Below are positions 1 through 9,907 of a stretch of DNA of 64,000 bases, piece by piece. Numbering within the stretch: position 1 is the stretch's first letter; each line of letters begins with the position of its first letter. The notes under the pieces were generated by a model. It worked only from the letters and a program-made list of their open reading frames with translations, did no database searches and was not told where the DNA came from. Position numbers and translations under genes: made by a program. This DNA is from an uncultured Phycisphaerales bacterium (GTDB taxonomy: Bacteria > Planctomycetota > Phycisphaerae > Tepidisphaerales > Tepidisphaeraceae), in NCBI GenBank assembly GCA_963758525.1, contig CAVWVQ010000003.1:2528001-2592000 (forward strand), read 5' to 3'.

Positions 1-117
1 CGCACCCGATCCGCGAAGGAGTCTTGGAAGGGCCGCGATTACCGGACAAGCGTGTTCGCGGCGTCAAAAACGCTTTGTCCCGATAACCATCAGCTCGCCA
101 CAATCCTCCAGTCCGCC

Positions 118-145
118 TTAAGCGGCACAACTCTCCATCCGATTA
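118..145 (+). promoter_or_regulatory. putative sigma28(FliA)-like promoter of the flp/tad locus
   Basis: TTAAG-N15-TCCGATTA resembles the sigma28 consensus TAAA-N15-GCCGATAA; similar motifs at 2082, 51742 and 55926. Confidence 0.4.
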
Positions 146-356
146 GATCAGTGCAAGCAGAACCGGTTCCGCGGGCTATCCGCGGCGGATTTGCTCCGAG
201 CGGAAGTGCGTGTGGGCACGGCCGGCGGATCCCGCAGGGGATAGCACTCGTGAGGACTCGGCCCGTTGGGCCGGGTAAAGGCGCTCGGCTTTGAGCTGCG
301 GCCTTCGGTATGTTGCCGGCGCGAGACAACAGGTCGCCTTACTTTAGGAGAGCATC

Positions 357-524
357 ATGAAGGCGATGAATCTTTTGTCGAAGTTGGTCAAAGACGAGCA
401 GGGCGGCGAAGTTCTCGAGTACGCCCTGATCGCCGGTTTGATCGTTGTTGCAGCGATCGCGGCTATCACCTCCGTTGGGACCAAGGTCCTGGCCCGGTGG
501 ACCTCGCTGAACAGCTCCATGTAA
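357..524 (+). CDS. flp: Flp/PilA type IVc pilin 1 (55 aa)
   Basis: Translated by hand: MKAMNLLSKLVKDEQG|GEVLEYALIAGLIVVAAIAAITSVGTKVLARWTSLNSSM; G|xxxxEY Flp motif; RBS AGGAG at 346-350; below the ORF-track length cutoff. Confidence 0.93.
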   Translation: MKAMNLLSKLVKDEQGGEVLEYALIAGLIVVAAIAAITSVGTKVLARWTSLNSSM

Positions 525-688
525 TCAGCCACCAAACGCACCAGGGCCTCGGGGTTCTCGATCCTGGGGAGTTCTGGTCCCCGCGTCGGGGGCTGAGCAG
601 ACCTCGAGGCCCGGAGCCGGCAATCCCGCCGGCCCGGGCCTGTGGTTTCGCCGTGACAGCGACGTCGCGGTCTATCTGAGGAGATGTC

Positions 689-862
689 ATGGAACCATCT
701 AAACGCACACTTTTGCGCAGGCTTCTTGTCGAGGAGCACGGCGGAGAGGTCATCGAATACGTCCTCATCGCGGGGCTCATTATCGTTGCGACCATCACCA
801 CGATTGCCGCGTTCGGCACCAAGGTGATGGCGCGTTGGACTTCGGTCAATTCCTCGATGTAA
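689..862 (+). CDS. flp: Flp/PilA type IVc pilin 2 (57 aa)
   Basis: MEPSKRTLLRRLLVEEHG|GEVIEYVLIAGLIIVATITTIAAFGTKVMARWTSVNSSM; RBS GAGGAG; paralog of pilin 1. Confidence 0.92.
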   Translation: MEPSKRTLLRRLLVEEHGGEVIEYVLIAGLIIVATITTIAAFGTKVMARWTSVNSSM

Positions 863-887
863 ACCGAATTACTCCGGACAGCGATCC

Positions 888-1427
888 ATGATCAGAGCCG
901 CCATTGTCATCAAGTACGCTCCACTGATCGCGATGATCGCGACGGCGGCGATCACCGATCTGCGGGCCCGGCGCATTCCCAACTGGCTGACCTTCTCGAT
1001 GGTCATCGCCGGAGTGGCGCAGAGCTTTTTCTCGATGCGCACGGTGGGGCCCCTGGCTTCCCTGACCGGAATGATGACCGGATTCGCTTTAAGCTTCCTG
1101 ATGTTCGCGATCGGCGCGATGCTGGGAGGCGATGTGAAAATCATGGCCGGCGTGGGAGCGTGGGTCGGCCCGATGCCGGTTGTCGCGGTCTTTGCGATCA
1201 CCCAGGTTATCGGAATGGTCATTGTGCTGACACAGGCCGTCTATCAGGGACGGCTCCGTACGCTTCTGACCAACACGACCGTGCTGACGATCAACCTGGT
1301 GCACCTTCAGGATGTCGGAGTCGATCACGCCGTGGCCACCGGGCAATCGTGCCGGAGCCTGGATCGATACTTGCCGTTTGCCGTTCCGGTTCTTCTGGCC
1401 TTGCTCGTGATGCTGGCCACGCAATAG
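888..1427 (+). CDS. cpaA: prepilin peptidase, A24 family (CpaA/TadV)
   Basis: TDLRARRIPNWL and GGDVK aspartate motifs, multiple TM helices, C-terminal LPFAVP; directly follows the pilins. Confidence 0.92.
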   Translation: MIRAAIVIKYAPLIAMIATAAITDLRARRIPNWLTFSMVIAGVAQSFFSMRTVGPLASLTGMMTGFALSFLMFAIGAMLGGDVKIMAGVGAWVGPMPVVAVFAITQVIGMVIVLTQAVYQGRLRTLLTNTTVLTINLVHLQDVGVDHAVATGQSCRSLDRYLPFAVPVLLALLVMLATQ

Positions 1428-1448
1428 AGATAGAGGGAGTCGTCTGAC

Positions 1449-1937
1449 ATGGGTCATTTCAATCCATCATCCATCGTGCAAAGTCCTCCGAGCTGCAAAC
1501 GGCCGGCGCCGCGTCGCGCGGCGGCCACGCTCGAGCTGGCGCTGACGCTGGCCATCCTGGTCAATCTGACCTTCGGAATGGTCGAGTTTGGCTACTACTT
1601 CTTCGTGAAGAACACCATGCAGGGCGCCGCCAGGGAGGGCGCTTGCGCAGGAATCGTCTCGGGCGCGACCTACACCACGAGCATTACCACTGCCGTGCAG
1701 AACGCCATGTCGGCGGCGGGATTCAGCAATACCAGCAGGTATTCGTTTGCAGTCACCGATTCCACCACCGGCACAACGATTACAACCGACGCCGGGCTCG
1801 CGGCGGTGTCGAGCGGCGACGCGCTGCAAGTGAGCGTGTCAGCGACCTGGAGCACGATCGGCGCGGGATTCCGCCCGATGAATCTGATCGGTGGCAGCAA
1901 GATCGTGACAGGTACCGCGGTGATGCGCCACGAATAG
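1449..1937 (+). CDS. tadE: TadE-like pseudopilin
   Basis: RRAAATLELALTLAILVNLTFGMVEFG...AAREGA TadE signature. Confidence 0.88.
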   Translation: MGHFNPSSIVQSPPSCKRPAPRRAAATLELALTLAILVNLTFGMVEFGYYFFVKNTMQGAAREGACAGIVSGATYTTSITTAVQNAMSAAGFSNTSRYSFAVTDSTTGTTITTDAGLAAVSSGDALQVSVSATWSTIGAGFRPMNLIGGSKIVTGTAVMRHE

Positions 1938-1975
1938 CTTTTTGCCGCTCCGTCTTTTCGCTCATTCATTTTTCA

Positions 1976-2010
1976 GAACGCCCGCAACAGACCGCGGGCT
2001 TCGTTTTTTT
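1976..2010 (+). terminator. rho-independent terminator after tadE
   Basis: GAA(C)GCCCGC-loop-GCGGGCTTC stem followed by T7. Confidence 0.6.
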
Positions 2011-2150
2011 CCGGACGCTGCGTGCCCTTGCCGAGGCGTTCGGACTGATAACCAGAAAGTTACCGAAATTCTCTCATCCACTTAAACCGTGCAGACCGTC
2101 TGACCGAACTTGACAGTGACGGCAATTGCCGCCGCATCGGAGAACACTAT

Positions 2151-3070
2151 ATGAACCTGAAGCAGTCGATTCCTCTCGTCGCCGCCATTGGGCTGGGGCT
2201 CGTGGCAGCAAAGATCGCGCATGACATTTCCGCGAAGAAGAACGCGGTCCCTGACACGAAGACCGTGCAGGTGGTTGTCGCCAAGGAGCCGATCGGACCG
2301 GGCACCGCCCTGACGCCCGAGCTCCTGGATGTGACGCGCATTCCCGGCGAAACCATGCCGCCGGAAACCAGCTCTTCGGTCGACAGCCTCGTCGGCCGCG
2401 TCACGCTGGCTCCGCTGTTCGCCGGGCAGGCGGTACGCGGAGATTCCCTGGCGATGAAGGGATCGCCGGCAGGTCTGGCCTCCCTCGTGCCGACGGGCAT
2501 GCGCGCGATTTCCGTGGACGTCAACGAGACCAGCAGCGTTGCCGGCCTCCTCACGCCCGGCTGCCACGTCGACATCGTCTCGACGCTCGGCGTGGACAAC
2601 GATCACATGATCGCCCGCACCATCGCCCAGGATGTTCCGATCGTCGCGGTGGGTCAGCGCCTCAGCGCCAGCGCGCTGAAGGGGAAAAGGACACCGGCTA
2701 CCGCACCGTGACGATGCTCGCCACGCCTCACAATGCCGAGCTGATCGAGCTGGCGACCAATACATCGCGATGCCGCATGGTGCTGCGAGGCGCCGGCGAC
2801 AAGAGCCGCAATGACAGTGAAGGCGTCAGCTTCGTTGAGCTTCGCGGACATGCACAGACCGACGAGCAGCCGACTCCTGCGTTAAATGCCTCGCTCACCG
2901 GCCCGACGACTCAGAAATCCCCCGCGGCGCCCGAGTACTCGTCGGCGCGCATTCATCACACGACCGAAGTCATCCGAGCCGGCGCCGTGAGCAACGTGGA
3001 CTTTCAGTTCCCCGCGCCGACTCCCAACACCATGACGGATACGCCTCAGAAGTTCGCAAATCCGCAATAA
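2151..3070 (+). CDS. cpaB: Flp pilus assembly protein CpaB/RcpC; frameshift at ~2670-2690
   Basis: SAF domain (VVVAKEPIGPG), GMRAISVDV...VAGLLTPG.HVDIV; continues in the -1 frame as TVTMLATPHNAELIELA...MVLR. Confidence 0.88.
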
Positions 3071-3119
3071 CAGCGATCTTTCGCTTCATCCCAAGGCTAC
3101 GCGATAAGGAAGCTCTCCC

Positions 3120-4619
3120 ATGAACAGCACCACCTCCCGCACCTGGCTCACTCTGCGTCGGACCGCCCCGCTGGCGGGTCTGCTCGCGGCCCTCTTCTGC
3201 TCCGCGGCGGCAGCAGACGCGCCACCCTCAACCACCCAGCCGGCCGAGTCGCTCGTCAGCGACGGTCTCAACGACCAGGGCGCGCTGAAGCTCACGGTCA
3301 ACAAGAGCGTGGTGCTTCATACCAAGGTGCTGCTGCGCCGCGTGAGCGTTGCTTCGCCCGACATTGCCGACGTCAATCTGGTCGGGCCGTCGGAGATGCT
3401 CATCCTCGCCAAGAAGGCGGGGGCCACGCAGATCATTCTCTGGGATGACGCGGATCACTCGCAGACGATCGAAGTGCAGGTGGTCATCGATCTCGACACG
3501 CTCAAGGAGCAGTTCGTCAAGAGCTTCCCCGACGCTGCCGTTGAAGCCACCGCGGCGGGCAACGCGGTGATCCTTCGCGGACGCGCGCCGAGCCTGCAGG
3601 TCGCCCAGCAGATGGCGCTGCTTGCCGCGGGATATTCGCCGCAGGTCGTCAACCTGCTGGAGGTCTCCGGCGGACAGCAGGTTGTGCTGAAGGTGCGCTT
3701 CGCGGAAGTATCGCGCCAGCTCACCACCAATCTGGGCTTTAACGCCTTCGCCACCGACGGCTCATTTACCGCGGGTATCAACAGCGGTCCCGGCAGCAGC
3801 CCGATCGGGGCGCTGGCAGAGGGAAGCCCGGCCGGGGTCAATCCGCTGGCGAATCTCTTTGGATCCGGCGGAGTGGGCAATGTGAAGTTCGAGCTGTTCC
3901 TCCAGGCGCTACGCAGCAACGGCCTGGTCCGCGATCTGGCCGAGCCAAACCTCATGGCGATGAGCGGACAGGAAGCCAGCTTTCTGGCCGGTGGTGAAAT
4001 TCCAATTCCGGTCCCGCAGCCCGGTTCGGGCGGCTCGACGATCACCATCGATTACAAGGAATTCGGCGTGCGTCTCAGCTTCCTCCCCATCGTCATGGGC
4101 GACGGACGCATCCGCCTTAAGGCCGCGCCGGAGGTCAGCGAACTTGACTACTCGCACGCCCTGGCGATTCCCGGAACCGGAGCGTCGGTCCCGGCCCTGA
4201 CCGAACGCCGGCTGCAGACCACCGTCGAACTCAGCGAAGGTCAGACCTTCGCGCTGGCCGGCTTGCTGCAGAACAACGTCAGCGCCAACAAGTCCGTGAC
4301 GCCGCTGCTGGGGGATATGCCGGTGCTTGGAGCGCTCTTTCGCTCCGTGCAGTACCAGCGGAACGAAACCGAGCTGGTGGTGCTGGTGACCCCGTATCTT
4401 GCGGGCGGGTTGAACCCCGACCAGATCCCCTCGGTCCCCGGCGAGCACTGGCGCTACCCGACCGAAGCCGAAGTGCTCCTGAACCAGGATCTGGGCGGAC
4501 CGGCGACCATCAACGACAAACCGCCCAAGGCGCTGGCGACGACCGGCCCGGTTGCGACCATCCACGGGAAGCATGGGTTCGCGCCGGTGGCTCAGACTGA
4601 TACGTCCGAGGCGAAGTAA
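3120..4619 (+). CDS. cpaC: Flp pilus secretin CpaC/RcpA
   Basis: Signal peptide, pilus-formation N domain, BON-like region, QVVLKVRFAEV, AEPNL..SGQEASFLAGGEIP, ETELVVLVTP. Confidence 0.95.
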   Translation: MNSTTSRTWLTLRRTAPLAGLLAALFCSAAAADAPPSTTQPAESLVSDGLNDQGALKLTVNKSVVLHTKVLLRRVSVASPDIADVNLVGPSEMLILAKKAGATQIILWDDADHSQTIEVQVVIDLDTLKEQFVKSFPDAAVEATAAGNAVILRGRAPSLQVAQQMALLAAGYSPQVVNLLEVSGGQQVVLKVRFAEVSRQLTTNLGFNAFATDGSFTAGINSGPGSSPIGALAEGSPAGVNPLANLFGSGGVGNVKFELFLQALRSNGLVRDLAEPNLMAMSGQEASFLAGGEIPIPVPQPGSGGSTITIDYKEFGVRLSFLPIVMGDGRIRLKAAPEVSELDYSHALAIPGTGASVPALTERRLQTTVELSEGQTFALAGLLQNNVSANKSVTPLLGDMPVLGALFRSVQYQRNETELVVLVTPYLAGGLNPDQIPSVPGEHWRYPTEAEVLLNQDLGGPATINDKPPKALATTGPVATIHGKHGFAPVAQTDTSEAK

Positions 4620-4677
4620 AAGGGACTCGGGTTATGCACCCGCGCAAAGTGGCGTGGGTTGCCGCGAGGGAACGCTC

Positions 4678-5805
4678 ATGTACGTGCAGCTCAATTGTGC
4701 AGTCTTGGATCCGGAGCCGGGAAACCGCCAGGAGTTGGCGAGTTTCCTCTCCCGGACCGGCCTCCACGCGGTCGCACAGTTGTCGGGCATCGAGCAGCTT
4801 GGCGCCCTGCTGAGCCGATCGGATGCACCACAACTGGTGATCGTGAATCTCGACCCTGCCGCACACGAGACGCTGCGGAAGCTGGGAAGTCTCCCGCGGC
4901 AGTATCCGACGGTCAGCTTCTTCGTCATGTCGCAGGTGCTCGACCCCAACCTGCTGATGGAGGCGATGCACCTGGGAGTGAAGGAGTTTATCCCGCTCCC
5001 GATGAGTGAGGACAAGCTGAATGCGGCGATCGAGCGCGTCGCGAACGGCATAGGAATGGGGAAACGCGCGAAAGTCGTGCACGTGATCCCGACCATCGGC
5101 GGATGCGGATCGACGACGGTCGCGTGCAATGTCGCTGCTGCCATGGCGAAGACGGGAAAAACGGCACTGATCGATCTGGACTTGATGCGCGGCACGGTTG
5201 CCAGTTCGTTTGACACGCGACCGCGCTACACGCTGGCGGACGTGATGGACTCGGCGGAGAAGGTGGACAAGCAATTGCTCGACAACGCCCTGACCATTCA
5301 CGCCAAGAGCGGCGTCGCGTTGCTGGCGCGTCCCGAATTGCCGGAGGACACGCAGCGGGTGAATGCCGCCGGCACGTCGCGGCTGCTGGGCGTCCTGGGG
5401 CGTATCTTCGATTACGTGGTGATCGACTCGCTGATGAGCATCGATCCGATCTACACGACGACTCTGGCGGCAGCGGAGATCAATCTCCTGGTGATGCAGC
5501 TCAACGTTCCCAGCGCCAAGAACGCCGAACGGTTTGTCGGGGCCCTGCGCCGGATGGGCGTCGAGGCCGACAAGATCCAGATCGTTGTGAACCGGTACGT
5601 GAAGAAGGGATGCGACATCGAGCCGGCGGAAGTCGAGAGAGCGCTGGGACTGAAGATCTCGTGGATGATCCCCAACGATTTCAAGAACGCCATCGGCGCG
5701 ATCAATTTCGGCGAGCCGGTCGTCCTCAGAGCGCCCAAGGCGGACATCAGCACCAGTCTTAGCGAACTGGCAGGGTCGTTGAACGGCCGAGTAAGTCAGA
5801 ACTAG
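4678..5805 (+). CDS. cpaE: CpaE/TadZ: pseudo-receiver plus MinD/ParA-like domain
   Basis: Receiver-like N-terminus (EAMHLGVKEF), degenerate Walker A PTIGGCGSTT, ALIDLDL, IPND...AIN.GEP. Confidence 0.9.
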   Translation: MYVQLNCAVLDPEPGNRQELASFLSRTGLHAVAQLSGIEQLGALLSRSDAPQLVIVNLDPAAHETLRKLGSLPRQYPTVSFFVMSQVLDPNLLMEAMHLGVKEFIPLPMSEDKLNAAIERVANGIGMGKRAKVVHVIPTIGGCGSTTVACNVAAAMAKTGKTALIDLDLMRGTVASSFDTRPRYTLADVMDSAEKVDKQLLDNALTIHAKSGVALLARPELPEDTQRVNAAGTSRLLGVLGRIFDYVVIDSLMSIDPIYTTTLAAAEINLLVMQLNVPSAKNAERFVGALRRMGVEADKIQIVVNRYVKKGCDIEPAEVERALGLKISWMIPNDFKNAIGAINFGEPVVLRAPKADISTSLSELAGSLNGRVSQN

Positions 5806-5841
5806 TGGCAAAGATCTGCTCAACCTGCGATCGAGGTACGT

Positions 5842-7302
5842 ATGGGATTGTTTTCAAAAAGCGGTAACGCGGCTGCGGTGGCGACGCCGCCCCCTGCGCC
5901 GGCCGCCCCCTCACCACTCTTCAGCGGCGGAAAGAGCCCGGCGCCGATCGTCGCGCCTCCAGCCCCCGTGAATACTCCAGCGCGCGCCTCGGCGCCGCTG
6001 ATCGCAACGCCGCAGCTTTCGGAACGGCAGATCTATCTGGGCCAGCTCAAGGTCCGCATCCATCAGACGCTGGTCACGCGTCTGGACGTGCAAAACATCC
6101 GCTCTCTTCCGCCGGAAACGGTGCGAGGCGAAGTCCGCTCGCTGGTGCGCGAATTGTGTCAGTCCGAGAAGGGACTGCTCAACAGCGCCGACCAGGAAAA
6201 GCTGATGGAAGACATCATGGACGAGACCCTGGGTCTTGGTCCGCTCGAGACGCTTCTGAAGGATCCGAGCATCGCCGACATCATGATCAACCGCTGCGAC
6301 CGAATCTACATTGAGCGGAAGGGTCGCATCGAACTGTCGGAAGTGCGCTTTCGCGACAACCAGCATTTGCGGCAGATCATCGATCGCATCGTCGGCCTGG
6401 TCGGGCGCCGCATCGACGAAACCAGCCCGATGGTCGACGCCCGTCTGCAGGACGGGAGCCGCGTCAACGCGATCATCCCGCCATTGGCGCTCGATGGGCC
6501 GGCCATGTCGATTCGCCGCTTCGGCGGCAAGCCGATGCAGCCCGAGGATCTCATCCGCCACGGAGCGTTTCCGCAGGCCGTGATGGAGTTTCTCGCGGCC
6601 GCGGCGCAGGCGCGTTGCAACATCCTCATCAGCGGAGGCACTGGCTCCGGCAAGACCACGCTGCTGAACGTGATGTCGCGCTACATCCCTGCCGACGAAC
6701 GCGTGATCACCATCGAAGATGCCGCGGAATTGCAGCTCCAGCAGCCGCACGTCGTGCGCCTGGAAACGCGCCCGATGAACCTTGAAGGCAAGGGTGAAGT
6801 CACCCAGCGGGACCTTGTCAAAAACTGTCTGCGCATGCGTCCCGACCGGATCATCATCGGCGAGTGCCGGGGTCCCGAAACGCTGGACATGCTGCAGGCG
6901 ATGAACACCGGCCACGATGGATCGATGACCACCATTCACGCGAACACTCCGCGCGATGCCATGGCCCGCCTGGAAGTCATGATCGCGATGGCCGGATATG
7001 ACATCCCGGTGCGGGCGCTTCGCTCGCAGGTCGCCAGCGCCATCAACATCATCGTGCAGGCGCGGCGGCTCACGGGCGGGAAGCGAAAGGTCGTATTCGT
7101 CACGGAGATCACCGGCATGGAAGGGGATCAGATCCAGATGCACGATCTGTTCCTCTTCGAGCAGGCCGGCGTGGATCCCGACGGTCATGCCCTGGGCAAA
7201 TTCATGGCCTGCGGCATCCGGCCGCGCGTCCTGGATCGAATCGAATCGCGCGGCCTGCGTTTGCCGGCGGACATGTTCCAACGGCGTGTTTTGGAAACCT
7301 AA
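5842..7302 (+). CDS. cpaF: Flp pilus assembly ATPase CpaF/TadA
   Basis: [44 protein letters not shown]. Confidence 0.97.
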   Translation: MGLFSKSGNAAAVATPPPAPAAPSPLFSGGKSPAPIVAPPAPVNTPARASAPLIATPQLSERQIYLGQLKVRIHQTLVTRLDVQNIRSLPPETVRGEVRSLVRELCQSEKGLLNSADQEKLMEDIMDETLGLGPLETLLKDPSIADIMINRCDRIYIERKGRIELSEVRFRDNQHLRQIIDRIVGLVGRRIDETSPMVDARLQDGSRVNAIIPPLALDGPAMSIRRFGGKPMQPEDLIRHGAFPQAVMEFLAAAAQARCNILISGGTGSGKTTLLNVMSRYIPADERVITIEDAAELQLQQPHVVRLETRPMNLEGKGEVTQRDLVKNCLRMRPDRIIIGECRGPETLDMLQAMNTGHDGSMTTIHANTPRDAMARLEVMIAMAGYDIPVRALRSQVASAINIIVQARRLTGGKRKVVFVTEITGMEGDQIQMHDLFLFEQAGVDPDGHALGKFMACGIRPRVLDRIESRGLRLPADMFQRRVLET

Positions 7303-7320
7303 GAGAGATCGAGGCAACCT

Positions 7321-8277
7321 ATGGACGGCATGATGATGCCCCTGATGATCGCGGCCTGCGTCGGACTTCTGGTCTGGTGGGCTACGGGTCTGATGGCCGG
7401 CGGCGGCGAAAAAAAGAAGCTCCAGGCCCGGCTGACTGGCGAAGGATCAAGCGATGCGGCAACGGAGCGCGGCCCCTCAATCATTCTCAGCAACACCACC
7501 GAGGCGATGCCCGAATTTCTTCGCGAGAAGCCGTGGGCCGTCAAGCTGCAGAGCGTTCTCAGCCAGGCGTATCCCGATGTTCAGCTGAAAAACTTTCTCA
7601 CCGTCGTGGTCTCGCTGATCGTGGCGGCATTCCTGATCGCTCTGCTGATCTCCGGCAACGCGTGGATCGGGCTGGGGGCGGGAGCGTTCTTCGCGTATGT
7701 GCCGTTCTTCTTCGTGTCGCGCAAGCGAGGTAAGCGTCAGCAGCTTATCAATATGCAGCTTCCCGAGGCGCTGGAATTCCTCTCCCGCGTCATGCGCGCC
7801 GGTCATAGCTTGAGCACCGGCCTGCAGATGATGGCCGACGAGCTGCCCAAGCCGCTCAGCGACGAATTTCGCCGCGCCTACGACCAGCACAGCCTCGGTC
7901 AGTCGCTTGAGGACGCGCTCAAGGGCGCCGCGACGCGGGTCAACTCCACGGACTTCGCGTTCTTCGTCACCTCGGTGCTGATCCAGCGCCAGACCGGCGG
8001 CGATCTGTCGGAAGTGCTCAACAACATCAGCAACATGATTCGCGGCCGAATTCATCTTCAGCAACACGTCAAAGCCAAGACCGCCGAGGGACGATTCACC
8101 GGCTACATCATGGTGGCGTTCCCCGCGGTGATGTTCTGCATCTGCTACTTCCTCAATCCCGACTATTGCGGCGTGTTGCTGCACACCAAGAGCGGAATGG
8201 AACTGCTGGCGCTGGCGTTTGGACTGCAGATGTCGGGGCTCTGGATGATTAACAAGATTACCACGGTGCGCGTATGA
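7321..8277 (+). CDS. tadB: TadB (T2SS-F family) inner-membrane platform protein
   Basis: QLPEALEFLSRVMRAGHS, IQRQTGGDLSEVL, KTAEGR. Confidence 0.95.
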   Translation: MDGMMMPLMIAACVGLLVWWATGLMAGGGEKKKLQARLTGEGSSDAATERGPSIILSNTTEAMPEFLREKPWAVKLQSVLSQAYPDVQLKNFLTVVVSLIVAAFLIALLISGNAWIGLGAGAFFAYVPFFFVSRKRGKRQQLINMQLPEALEFLSRVMRAGHSLSTGLQMMADELPKPLSDEFRRAYDQHSLGQSLEDALKGAATRVNSTDFAFFVTSVLIQRQTGGDLSEVLNNISNMIRGRIHLQQHVKAKTAEGRFTGYIMVAFPAVMFCICYFLNPDYCGVLLHTKSGMELLALAFGLQMSGLWMINKITTVRV

Positions 8278-9188
8278 ACGACCAAAGTACCCTATTGATG
8301 ATTTGCCTCGCGGGCGCGGTTGCCCTGGTCGGATTTTTTCTGACCCGCCTGATGGTCGGGAAGGGCGACGACCGGCTGCGGGATCGGCTCAGCAGCGGCG
8401 CCTACGACGACGACAAGCCCAAGCAGCGCAAGACCATGCGCCAGGTCGTCGAGCAGGTCGGGCAGGCCGCCGCCAAGCCCTTCATGCCCAACACCCGCGA
8501 AAAGCAGTCGGGAATGCGCGCCAACCTTGCCAGGGCCGGCATGTACAACCCTTCGGCCATCAAGATGGTCACCGGGTTCAAGGTCATCTTCCTGTGCGCG
8601 GGCCTGGCCCTCGGATATGGCTTGGGATCATACCTCGACAAGCCGATCCTCGGGTTCGCGGTCGGCGGGATCATCGGATACATCGCGCCGCAATTCTGGC
8701 TCAAGAGCAAGATCAAGAATAATCAACGTGCCCTGACCTACGGCCTGGCCGATGCGCTCGACCTCCTGGTGGTCTGCGTGGAAGCGGGACTGACGGTCGA
8801 CGGCGCCATGCAGCGCGTCGCGACCGATTTGACGATCGCCCACCCGGCCATCAGCCGCGAACTGGGAATCGCGCACATGGAAACCCGCGTCGGGCTCTCG
8901 CGAAGCGAGGCGCTGCGGAATCTGGGCGTTCGCACCGGCAACGAGCCGCTGCAGTCGCTGGCCGCGATGCTGATTCAAGCCGACAGATTCGGCACCAGCA
9001 TCGCGTCGGCGCTCCGCGTGCACTCCGATACGCTGCGTCAGAACCGCCAGCGCGCCGCCGAGGAGAACGCCGCCAAGGCGTCGGTCAAGATGAGCTTCCC
9101 GCTGGTTTTGTTCATCTTCCCCTCGACGTTCATCGTGCTGGTAGGTCCGACAATCATCAATTTGATGAATAGTGAACTGATGAAGTGA
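8274..9188 (+). CDS. tadC: TadC (T2SS-F family) inner-membrane platform protein
   Basis: DALDLLVVCVEAGL, QADRFGTSIA, AEE.AAK..VKM.FPLVLFIFP; ATGA overlap with tadB. Confidence 0.95.
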   Translation: MNDQSTLLMICLAGAVALVGFFLTRLMVGKGDDRLRDRLSSGAYDDDKPKQRKTMRQVVEQVGQAAAKPFMPNTREKQSGMRANLARAGMYNPSAIKMVTGFKVIFLCAGLALGYGLGSYLDKPILGFAVGGIIGYIAPQFWLKSKIKNNQRALTYGLADALDLLVVCVEAGLTVDGAMQRVATDLTIAHPAISRELGIAHMETRVGLSRSEALRNLGVRTGNEPLQSLAAMLIQADRFGTSIASALRVHSDTLRQNRQRAAEENAAKASVKMSFPLVLFIFPSTFIVLVGPTIINLMNSELMK

Positions 9189-9223
9189 TGCCGTCGCAAT
9201 CAAATGCCGACAGAAAGTGAGAA

Positions 9224-9766
9224 ATGAACATGAAGAACCGTACAACTTATTGGATTCTCGCGGGTTTCGCCCTGACGCTTGCCGGCGGCTGCTCCCATCA
9301 GGAGACCGACGCGGAAAAAGGGTACGCCCACGGAGAAGAGTATCTCCCCGACGGCACCTATCACGATGAAGTAAAATTCATCGAGATCACCGTTGCCAAC
9401 GGCGCCCGCGCCGACGGCACGCTGCGCCCGGTCCACTTTACCGGCGATGCGCTCAACTCGCTGGGCATGAAGAAACTGGACTACATGCTCGCCGCGGACA
9501 CCGGATCGGCGACGACGCTGACCGTCTACATCGATCTGCCCAAGAGCGACCCCGCGTTTGCCAAGCGGCAGGATTCGGTCAGCTCTTATCTGAAGACAAA
9601 GGGTCTCAAGGACGAGCAGATTGCCCTGGTTGACGGCCCCAACGTCAAGTACGCGGTCCCCGCCGCCCAGGGATCCAAGGCCCTCGATACGTTCAACTCC
9701 AACGACGGAGCTTTTGCCGTCGAGAGCGGCGGCAGCTCCAGCGGAAGCGCCGGCGGCGGCCACTAA
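9224..9766 (+). CDS. lipoprotein closing the tad operon (possible CpaD/pilotin equivalent)
   Basis: Lipobox LAGGC; last gene before a strong hairpin; function inferred from position only. Confidence 0.6.
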   Translation: MNMKNRTTYWILAGFALTLAGGCSHQETDAEKGYAHGEEYLPDGTYHDEVKFIEITVANGARADGTLRPVHFTGDALNSLGMKKLDYMLAADTGSATTLTVYIDLPKSDPAFAKRQDSVSSYLKTKGLKDEQIALVDGPNVKYAVPAAQGSKALDTFNSNDGAFAVESGGSSSGSAGGGH

Positions 9767-9800
9767 TCGCACTCTTCCGGAGCGCGAGAGAATTACACCC

Positions 9801-9833
9801 CACGCGGGCAGATCAAACCGATCTGCCCGCGTG
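9801..9833 (+). terminator. perfect 14-bp hairpin ending the tad operon
   Basis: CACGCGGGCAGATC-AAACC-GATCTGCCCGCGTG. Confidence 0.7.
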
Positions 9834-9907
9834 TGTTGGTATTGACGGAGGGAGGCAGAAAGGTGATCGCAACAAATATGGCTCAGACCCTTCGACGGCC
9901 TTCAGCT

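Noticed and set aside
2676..2692. Programmed -1 frameshift in cpaB at AAGGGGAAAAGG
   Set aside because: In-frame codons AAG GGG AAA do not form an X XXY YYZ slippery site, and similar one-base losses occur throughout the window
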